From Celeribacter marinus (GTDB taxonomy: Bacteria > Pseudomonadota > Alphaproteobacteria > Rhodobacterales > Rhodobacteraceae): a stretch of 56,570 nucleotides of DNA. Under the pieces are notes generated by a model. That model saw only the letters and a program-made list of their open reading frames with translations. It did not search any database and was not told the DNA's origin. Of the stretch, positions 49,586 through 56,570 are shown one piece after another (the stretch's first letter is position 1; the number at the start of each line of letters is the position of its first letter). The translations under genes were made by a program, and so were the position numbers. The DNA is taken from the NCBI RefSeq assembly GCF_965656515.1, contig NZ_CBFHKW010000006.1:1-56570 (forward strand). Reading direction: 5' to 3'.

Positions 49586-50266
49586 ATGCGCCCCAACGCC
49601 ATCGCCTTTGACGCCTACGGAACCTTGTTCGATGTGTATTCGATCAGCGCGTTGGCCGAAGATCTGTTTGCGGACAAGGGCGCGCAGTTGGCTGTTATTT
49701 GGCGCGACAAGCAAATTGAATACACCCGCTTGCGCACGTTGTGTGACCAATATGCGGATTTCTGGCAGGTGACGGGCGATGCGCTTGAGTATGCGTGCGA
49801 GGCGCTTGGTCTTGATCTGACCGCCGCCGCACGAGATCGCTTGATGGGGCAGTATGCCACGTTGTCGGCGTTTCCCGAGAATGTCGACCAGTTGCACCGC
49901 CTCAAGGAGGCAGGGATCACCCTCTCGATTTTGTCCAATGGCACGCCGTGGATGCTTGATCAGGCCATAGCAGCCTCAGGGCTTGGCGGATATTTCGAGC
50001 ATGTTTTGAGTGTTGATGCTGTGAAGCAGTTCAAGACCGCGCCACAAGCCTATCAAATGGGGCCGGATGCCTTGGGATCTGCGGCCAAAGATATTTTGTT
50101 TGTGTCATCGAATTGTTGGGATATTTGTGGTGCAACCTGGTTCGGTTACCATACCATCTGGCTCAACCGGTACGGGCATCCTATGGAGCGTCTTGGCGTT
50201 GCGCCGCATCACATAGGATCGTCCCTGAAAGATGTGGCGGACTACGCCCTCGGGATTACCGCCTAA
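49586..50266 (+). CDS. Haloacid dehalogenase type II (L-2-haloacid dehalogenase-like)
   Basis: FDAYGTLFD (nucleophile D9), WRDKQIEY, LSNG, FK..P..Y, FVSSNCWD motifs. Confidence 0.88.
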   Translation: MRPNAIAFDAYGTLFDVYSISALAEDLFADKGAQLAVIWRDKQIEYTRLRTLCDQYADFWQVTGDALEYACEALGLDLTAAARDRLMGQYATLSAFPENVDQLHRLKEAGITLSILSNGTPWMLDQAIAASGLGGYFEHVLSVDAVKQFKTAPQAYQMGPDALGSAAKDILFVSSNCWDICGATWFGYHTIWLNRYGHPMERLGVAPHHIGSSLKDVADYALGITA

Positions 50267-50377
50267 GTGTCTCGCCCGAACACCCGTAGTTTACGACCGT
50301 GTTGCATATGAGTTTCCGGCGGTTATCGCTCCATATTCTGCCCATGACTGAACGTGCTGTTCGCAAAGGAATACAAA

Positions 50378-51334
50378 GTGTCCGATCCATCATCCGAAGT
50401 GATTTTCCACGCCTATCCGCAATCTCCCGTCGCTGAAAAAGTCAGAGTCGTCTTTGGGATCAAAGGGCTTGCGTGGCGCAGTGTGGACATTCCGCGCCTG
50501 CCGCCCAAGCCAATGCTGACGGCGCTCACGGGCGGGTATCGCCGCACGCCTGTGATGCAAATCGGTGCGGATATCTATTGCGATAGCCAGTGTATTATCC
50601 GCGAACTTGAGCGGCGGTTTGAGTCACCCACGTTGATGCCCACATCAGAGCAGGGGTTAATGTGGTGCCTGAGCCGGTGGACGGACGGGGCTTTGTTCGA
50701 TCAGACCGTGCGCCACATCCTAGGGGCTGCGGGTGATGGTCTGGACAAGGCCTTTGCGCAGGATCGCGGGCGTCTTTATCTGGGCGAGGATTGGGCAGCA
50801 GCGCTCAAACAAGCCAACGCTGATCTGCCTCATCTGGTGGCGCAAGTGCGTGCGCCGCTGTCATGGCTGAACACACAACTGTCTGACGGGCGGGCGTTTT
50901 TACTGGGCGACCAGCCCGCCGCGATTGACGCACAATTCTACCATGTGGTCTGGTTTTTGCGGGGCAGGTGGGCAGATGGTCCATCCTTTCTGGCGCAATT
51001 CAAAGAGCTCGAACGTTGGGAGGCAAATGTTCAGAGCATCGGCCATGGAACGTCTCGTGAGATGGACCCGCAAGATGCCATTTCGCGCGCAAAGGGGCTG
51101 GAGCCTACCGCACAGACGGGCGTGGCCGCTCACGATCCTCAGGGCCTCGCGGTTGGACAATCCGTAACGGTCCGACCCGATGTGAATGGCGGTGAGCAGC
51201 CCGTTGCAGGGACGTTGCGCTATGCCGATGCCGAGACCGTGGTGATTGAGCGCACCGCCGAAGATGTGGGCACTGTGTGCGTACATTTCCCGCGCGCAGG
51301 CTACAGAATCGATGTGACGGATACGGCAGCATGA
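50378..51334 (+). CDS. Glutathione S-transferase family protein with C-terminal extension
   Basis: SPVAEKVR, GGYRRTPVMQIGADIYCDS, C-terminal VHFPRAGY; GTG 50378 after AAGGA. Confidence 0.85.
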   Translation: MSDPSSEVIFHAYPQSPVAEKVRVVFGIKGLAWRSVDIPRLPPKPMLTALTGGYRRTPVMQIGADIYCDSQCIIRELERRFESPTLMPTSEQGLMWCLSRWTDGALFDQTVRHILGAAGDGLDKAFAQDRGRLYLGEDWAAALKQANADLPHLVAQVRAPLSWLNTQLSDGRAFLLGDQPAAIDAQFYHVVWFLRGRWADGPSFLAQFKELERWEANVQSIGHGTSREMDPQDAISRAKGLEPTAQTGVAAHDPQGLAVGQSVTVRPDVNGGEQPVAGTLRYADAETVVIERTAEDVGTVCVHFPRAGYRIDVTDTAA

Positions 51335-51391
51335 CGCCGCATGATCATGACAGTGACAAAACACGCACAGACACACGCGAAAGGCCAATAG

Positions 51392-52030
51392 ATGATTGAT
51401 CTCTACACATGGACAACACCGAACGGCCGTAAGGTGTCAATCTTGCTTGAGGAACTTGGCGTGCCGTACACGGCGCATGCCATCGATATCACCAAAGACG
51501 AGCAATTCGCGCCTGATTTTCTTAAAATCGCCCCGAACAACCGCATTCCCGCGATTGTTGATCATGAGACGGGCATACAGATGATGGAGACGGGGGCCAT
51601 CATGATGTACCTCGCGAACAAGTTCCAAAAGTTCCAATGCGAGGGCGATGAGTATTGGCGGATGGTTGAGTGGTTGATGTGGCAAATGGGCGGTTTGGGT
51701 CCAATGCTGGGTCAGGCCCATTACTTTTTGAAATATAACAAAGGTCAATCAGAGGTGGCTGAAAAGCGTTACGCCACCGAAGCGCAGCGGTTGTATACGG
51801 TGTTGAACACCCGACTGGAGGGGCGCGACTTTATCGCGGGGGCGGGGCGTGGCACCTATTCCATCGCAGATATGGCGTGTTGGCCGTGGGTGTCGCGGTT
51901 TGAATGGCATGAGGTTGATTTGACTGCCTTTTCGAACATCAAAGACTGGTATGTGCGGATCGCCGAACGCCCCGCTGTGCAAGCGGGTTATAACGTGCCC
52001 AAGTTTACGACCGATATCCCCATGCCGTGA
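51392..52030 (+). CDS. Glutathione S-transferase, Nu class (YfcG-like)
   Basis: YTWTTPNGRK, PNNRIPAIVD, ETGAI, WQMGGLGPMLGQ, YSIADMACWPW motifs. Confidence 0.88.
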   Translation: MIDLYTWTTPNGRKVSILLEELGVPYTAHAIDITKDEQFAPDFLKIAPNNRIPAIVDHETGIQMMETGAIMMYLANKFQKFQCEGDEYWRMVEWLMWQMGGLGPMLGQAHYFLKYNKGQSEVAEKRYATEAQRLYTVLNTRLEGRDFIAGAGRGTYSIADMACWPWVSRFEWHEVDLTAFSNIKDWYVRIAERPAVQAGYNVPKFTTDIPMP

Positions 52031-52087
52031 GAAATGCGCCGTTTCGATCGCGCGCGACAACCGCACAAATCCCCATAGGAGACGACC

Positions 52088-53050
52088 ATGACCAAGCCAA
52101 AATTGCTGATTACGCGCAAACTTCGCCCCCAAGTGGAGGCACGTGCGGCGCGTGACTATGACGTGGTGTTTAACGCTGATGATCGCCAGTTTGATCGTGA
52201 CGAGTTGATTGCTGCGTGCCGCACCGTCGACGCGGTTTTGCCCTGTCATTCCGAGCACTTCAGTGCCGATGTGATCGCCGAACTCGGTCCGCGCCTCAAG
52301 ATCATCGCAAACCATTCTGTTGGCACCGACCACGTCGATTTGGAGGCCGCGACATCTGCGGGTCTTGTTGTCACGAACACCCCCGATGTGTTGTCGGATG
52401 CGACTGCTGAAATTGCGATGCTATGTATGCTCGGCGCGGCACGTCGTGGTGCCGAAGGGGACGCAATGGTACGTTCCGGTCAATGGAATTTTTGGTCGCC
52501 CGCCTTTATGGTTGGGCGTCAGGTCACGGCGAAACGCTTTGGCGTTCTGGGCATGGGCCGTGTGGGACAAGTCACGGCACAGCGCGCGCGGGGCTTTGGT
52601 ATGGAAATACACTACCACAATCGCCGCCGCTTGCCCGAGCATCTCGAACAGGGTGCAATTTATCACGAGACCGTCGAGGGCTTGTTGGCCTGTTCTGACG
52701 TGTTGAGCCTGCATTGCCCGTCCAGCGCCCAAAACGTTGGAATAATCAATGAAAGAACCCTGTCCCTTTTACCGGATCGTGCGATTTTGGTGAACACGGC
52801 ACGCGGCGCTTTGGTTGATGAAGCCGCGTTGATCGATGCATTGACCTCGGGCAAGTTGTTCGCTGCGGGCTTGGACGTTTTCCAAACCGAGCCGGGCGGC
52901 AACCTAGATCTCGCAGCTTTGCCCAATACGTTTTTATTGCCGCACATTGGGTCCGCAACCGAAGAAACACGCGATGCAATGGGGTTTCGAGCGCTCGATA
53001 ATTTGGATGCATATTTCAATGGGGACGAGCCGAAAGACCGTATCGCATAA
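52088..53050 (+). CDS. D-2-hydroxyacid dehydrogenase (glyoxylate/hydroxypyruvate reductase-like)
   Basis: NTPDVL, GMGRVG, LHCP, NTARG, GLDVF..EP, PHIGSAT motifs. Confidence 0.9.
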   Translation: MTKPKLLITRKLRPQVEARAARDYDVVFNADDRQFDRDELIAACRTVDAVLPCHSEHFSADVIAELGPRLKIIANHSVGTDHVDLEAATSAGLVVTNTPDVLSDATAEIAMLCMLGAARRGAEGDAMVRSGQWNFWSPAFMVGRQVTAKRFGVLGMGRVGQVTAQRARGFGMEIHYHNRRRLPEHLEQGAIYHETVEGLLACSDVLSLHCPSSAQNVGIINERTLSLLPDRAILVNTARGALVDEAALIDALTSGKLFAAGLDVFQTEPGGNLDLAALPNTFLLPHIGSATEETRDAMGFRALDNLDAYFNGDEPKDRIA

Positions 53051-53089
53051 TTTTGAAAATAAACGAAAAATCAGTGTCTGGAAACGCGT

Positions 53090-53106
53090 TTTCCACATGG
53101 TGGAAA
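53090..53106. promoter_or_regulatory. Palindromic operator (IclR-like) upstream of the TRAP operon
   Basis: TTTCCAC-ATG-GTGGAAA perfect inverted repeat in an AT-rich intergenic region. Confidence 0.55.
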
Positions 53107-53204
53107 GTTGAGTTTAAATATATTGATTTTGTTTTTTTCATAAACAATGGTGTAATGAGATTAAGGAACGCACAAAGTGTTTCAAATCGTCTGGGAGGAC
53201 AAAT

Positions 53205-54344
53205 ATGACAAATAAACCTAACTCCACGAGTCTGTCGCGCCGTTCGTTCTTGCGCACGGGTGCCATTGGCGGGTCGGCTGCTGCCGCAACCGTTCTTGCT
53301 GCGCCAGCTGCAATGGCGCAGGCGCCAATCGTGATGAAGATGCAAACATCTTGGTCTGCCTCCGACATCTGGATGGATTTCGCGCGTGAGTATGTTGAGC
53401 GCGTAGAAGCCATGTCCGGCGGTCGTCTGAAAATCGACTTGTTGCCCGCGGGCGCTGTTGTTGCTGCGTTCCAGGTTATGGACGCTGTGCATGATGGCAT
53501 TATCGACGCGGCCCACACTGTTCCAGTATACTGGTATGGTAAGTCCAAAGCGGCATCGTTCTTTGGCACCGGCCCTGTTTTCGGTGGCTCTGCTACAACC
53601 ATGCAGGCGTGGTTCTACCAAGGTGGCGGTGCTGAACTGTACCGCGAACTCACACAGGACGTCCTTGGCCTGAATGTTGTCGGTATGATGGGTATGCCAA
53701 TGCCTGCGCAGCCATTCGGTTGGTTCAAAGAAGAAGTGAACACGGTTGCTGACCTCAAAGGGTTCAAATACCGCACAGTGGGCCTTGCGGCGGACCTTCT
53801 TCAGCAGATGGGCATGTCCGTGGCTCAGCTTCCAGGTGGCGAAATCGTCCCTGCGATGGAGCGTGGCGTGATCGATGCGTTCGAATTCAACAACCCATCG
53901 TCTGACCGTCGTTTCGGTGCACAGGACGTTGCGAAAAACTACTATCTGTCTTCGTACCACCAGGCGTCTGAATCCTTCGAATTCCTGTTCAACAAAGACT
54001 TCCTCGAAGATCTTCCAGAAGATCTGCAGGCGATCCTCAAGCACGCTGTTGAAGCGTCCTCGACATCGAACACCGCTTTGGCGATGCGCGAATACTCCAA
54101 AGATCTGTCCGAGCTTCAGGCCGATGACGGCGTTGCAGTACACCGCACTTCCAAAGAAATCCTCGCAGGCCAGTTGGAGGCATGGGACACATTGATCGCA
54201 GATCTGGAAACAGACGATTTCAATGCCCGCGTCATGGAAAGCCAGCGTGCCTGGACCGAAAAAGTTGCGTACTACGAACTGATGAACGCACCCGACCTCG
54301 GTTTGGCATACGAGCACTATTTCCCAGGTAAGTTGAAACTCTAA
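53205..54344 (+). CDS. TRAP transporter substrate-binding protein (DctP, TakP-like), Tat-exported
   Basis: SRRSFL Tat motif, KMQTSW, MSGGRLKI, YWYGK, GWFKEE, LKGFKYRTVG, ERGVIDAFE motifs. Confidence 0.9.
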   Translation: MTNKPNSTSLSRRSFLRTGAIGGSAAAATVLAAPAAMAQAPIVMKMQTSWSASDIWMDFAREYVERVEAMSGGRLKIDLLPAGAVVAAFQVMDAVHDGIIDAAHTVPVYWYGKSKAASFFGTGPVFGGSATTMQAWFYQGGGAELYRELTQDVLGLNVVGMMGMPMPAQPFGWFKEEVNTVADLKGFKYRTVGLAADLLQQMGMSVAQLPGGEIVPAMERGVIDAFEFNNPSSDRRFGAQDVAKNYYLSSYHQASESFEFLFNKDFLEDLPEDLQAILKHAVEASSTSNTALAMREYSKDLSELQADDGVAVHRTSKEILAGQLEAWDTLIADLETDDFNARVMESQRAWTEKVAYYELMNAPDLGLAYEHYFPGKLKL

Positions 54345-54355
54345 TCATCGCAGCG

Positions 54356-54383
54356 AAAAGGCGTGGGAGACCACGCCTTTTTC
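54356..54383 (+). terminator. Stem-loop/terminator after the TRAP binding-protein gene
   Basis: AAAAGGCGTGG-GAGA-CCACGCCTTTTT. Confidence 0.7.
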
Positions 54384-54413
54384 ACCTTGGACATGTCTCG
54401 ACTGGAGCTATGA

Positions 54414-54983
54414 ATGCTAAACTATATCCGATTTGCTGATAATCTATCCGCGTGGTTCGGCAAAGCCTTTGGATGGCTGATCATCCTGATGACCTTTGGC
54501 ATGAGCTATGAGGTCTTTGTGCGTTACCTGTTGAACAGTCCAACGCCTTGGGCGCTCGACATCAGTTTTATCATGTATGGAACTGTGTTCATGATGGGGG
54601 GAGCCTATACGCTATCGCGCGGAGGTCACGTGCGCGGCGATTTTCTATACCGCCTTTGGTCGGATAGAACGCAGGCTATTCTCGATTTGACGCTGTACAT
54701 CTTGTTTTTCTTCCCGGGCATCCTTGCACTTATCTTTTCAGGTTGGAAATACGCAAGCCGCTCCTGGAGCTACACAGAGGTGTCGGTGAACAGTCCGGCT
54801 GGCATCCCGATTTACCAATTCAAGACCGTCATCGTTGCGGCTGGACTATTGTTGTTTGTGCAAGGTATCGCACAGGTTTTCCGCTGCATCATTTGCATCA
54901 AAGACGGCAAATGGCTTCCGTTGGCATCCGACGTTGAGGAAACAGAAACCCTACTCATGAAACAGGCAGCCGAAGGTAAGTAA
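54414..54983 (+). CDS. TRAP transporter small permease (DctQ)
   Basis: YEVFVRY, GGHVRGD motifs, four TM segments. Confidence 0.9.
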   Translation: MLNYIRFADNLSAWFGKAFGWLIILMTFGMSYEVFVRYLLNSPTPWALDISFIMYGTVFMMGGAYTLSRGGHVRGDFLYRLWSDRTQAILDLTLYILFFFPGILALIFSGWKYASRSWSYTEVSVNSPAGIPIYQFKTVIVAAGLLLFVQGIAQVFRCIICIKDGKWLPLASDVEETETLLMKQAAEGK

Positions 54984-55043
54984 TCTGGTCCAGACGACGC
55001 GTTAGGACCGACTCTTCTGCTTTCGAAAATTGGAGTTCACACC

Positions 55044-56468
55044 GTGACCGATCCACAAATCGCCATATCTATGCTTGGCATATTCATTGCCTGCGTGTTT
55101 TTAGGCTTCCCGATTGCCTACACCTTGATGGCGATCGGCATAGGCTTTGGCTACTATGCTTATTATGACGCCGCACGCATGTGGCGCAGCTTTGACCGTC
55201 TGGCCGAGGATACACCTTGGTTGGAATCCACACAATTATGGCTCGAAGGGTTCTATAATAACCGAATATTCGATCTCTTCATAAACCAAACCTATTCGGT
55301 GATATCAAACGAAGTTCTAACTGCAATCCCGCTGTTCCTCTTTATGGGCTACATCGTGGAGCGCGCGAACATTGTGGATAAACTGTTCAGCACACTCGCC
55401 GTTGCCACACGCAATGTTCCAGGTTCGCTTGGTGTTGCTGCTTTGATCACTTGCGCGCTGTTTGCGACTGCAACGGGGATCGTGGGTGCGGTTGTGACGC
55501 TGATGGGTCTGCTGGCTCTGCCACAGATGCTCAAGATGCGGTACGACCACAGCTTTGCGGCTGGTATCATTTGCGCGGGCGGCACGCTCGGTATTTTGAT
55601 CCCGCCGTCGATCATGTTGATTGTGTACGCGGCATCGTCGGGCGTTTCCATCGTGCGCCTTTATGCTGCGGCATTGTTGCCAGGTCTGGTTCTCGTTGGC
55701 CTCTACATCACATACATCGTTGTACGCGCGGTTCTGAATCCGAAATTGGCGCCAAAACCAACCAAAGAAGAGTTGCCCGAAGTTCCACTCGGAAAGATGC
55801 TTTGGATGCTGGCCACCAGTTTCCTACCGCTCGCGGTTCTGATCTTGTCGGTTCTCGGTTCGATCCTGTTTGGTCTCGCAACGCCAACCGAAGCCGCATC
55901 TATCGGCGCACTCGGTGGCATGGTTCTCGCGGTTGCGTACCGTGCGATGACCTTTGATCGTCTGCGTGAAAGTGTCTATCTGACAGTGCGGACCACCGCG
56001 ATGGTGTGTTGGTTGTTTGTTGGCTCTTACGTCTTTTCCTCGGTGTTTAGCTACCTTGGTGGCGAAAAGGTTATCGAAGAGTTTGTGACGCACCTCGATT
56101 TGACACCCATCCAGTTCCTGCTGATTGCGCAGTTGATTATCTTCTTGCTGGGTTGGCCGCTCGAATGGTCCGAAATCATTATCATTTTCGTACCTATCTT
56201 CTTGCCGCTGTTGCCTTTGTTCGGGATTGATCCGCTGTTCTTTGGTGTGCTTGTGGCGCTGAACCTTCAGACCAGCTTCCTAACGCCGCCTATGGCTATG
56301 AGTGCGTACTACCTCAAAGGGATTGCACCGCCGGAGGTCAAGTTGATCGAGATCTTCAAAGGGGTTTTGCCGTATTGTGGTATGGTCGTCATCGCGATGT
56401 TCTTGATGTACACCTTCCCACAGATCGTCTTTATGCTGCCGGATGCCGTCTATGGTCCACAGCGTTAA
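55044..56468 (+). CDS. TRAP transporter large permease (DctM)
   Basis: AIPLFLFMG, GTLGILIPPS, ATPTEAA, LQTSFLTPP motifs. Confidence 0.92.
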   Translation: MTDPQIAISMLGIFIACVFLGFPIAYTLMAIGIGFGYYAYYDAARMWRSFDRLAEDTPWLESTQLWLEGFYNNRIFDLFINQTYSVISNEVLTAIPLFLFMGYIVERANIVDKLFSTLAVATRNVPGSLGVAALITCALFATATGIVGAVVTLMGLLALPQMLKMRYDHSFAAGIICAGGTLGILIPPSIMLIVYAASSGVSIVRLYAAALLPGLVLVGLYITYIVVRAVLNPKLAPKPTKEELPEVPLGKMLWMLATSFLPLAVLILSVLGSILFGLATPTEAASIGALGGMVLAVAYRAMTFDRLRESVYLTVRTTAMVCWLFVGSYVFSSVFSYLGGEKVIEEFVTHLDLTPIQFLLIAQLIIFLLGWPLEWSEIIIIFVPIFLPLLPLFGIDPLFFGVLVALNLQTSFLTPPMAMSAYYLKGIAPPEVKLIEIFKGVLPYCGMVVIAMFLMYTFPQIVFMLPDAVYGPQR

Positions 56469-56570
56469 TCGTCAGGCGATACTTGGATTGGGGGCGGTCG
56501 CATTGCGCGACCGCCTCGCATCTGGTGCATTGAGTGCGGTCGAACTGGTTGAGGCGTGCCTCGAGCGGAT
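56452..56570 (+). CDS. Probable amidase (GatA/amidase-signature family), 5' fragment cut by the window end
   Basis: ATG 56452 gives MVHSVNRQAILGLGAVALRDRLASGALSAVELVEACLER, matching the typical amidase N-terminal helix pattern; not in the ORF track. Confidence 0.65.
   Translation, partial: MVHSVNRQAILGLGAVALRDRLASGALSAVELVEACLER

Noticed and set aside
53016-54317. 433-aa antisense ORF opposite the TRAP binding protein
   Set aside because: Shadow ORF expected from the codon bias of a highly expressed gene; no motifs.

Overview
GC-rich chromosomal window from an alphaproteobacterium, most likely Rhodobacterales/Roseobacter group, judged from the gene repertoire and order. The left ~32 kb is mostly core genome: trgA-trgB(Nudix), an MFS transporter, cobalamin genes (cobB-cobA divergent from cbiD-cobK), an AlkA glycosylase, an esterase, an HNH protein, an uncharacterised radical SAM enzyme, zwf-pgl-pgi, an SCP2 protein and tRNA-Gly(CCC). 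It continues with a corrinoid methyl-transfer module (small PF13769-like protein, pterin-binding methyltransferase, RluE, 2Fe-2S/ASKHA reductive activator), ppx, a SYLF lipoprotein, hemB, mfd, a Bcr/CflA exporter, FrnE/DsbA, an orphan YejA-like binding protein and bdhA. The right ~24 kb looks like accessory metabolism: an erythritol uptake and catabolism cluster (ABC transporter + DUF2291, eryABCD), cydDCABX with an internal FNR box, and a co-oriented haloacid dehalogenase/GST/GST/2-hydroxyacid dehydrogenase/TRAP/amidase run cut off by the window end. I saw no integrase, transposase, CRISPR array or rRNA. Best leads for something undescribed: the dehalogenase-GST-TRAP-amidase cluster, the corrinoid module whose two main proteins share Gly/Arg C-terminal tails, a ~75-nt sRNA candidate between the yejA-like gene and bdhA, and several small ORFs with their own expression signals. 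All family calls come from motif recognition by eye, not from database searches.
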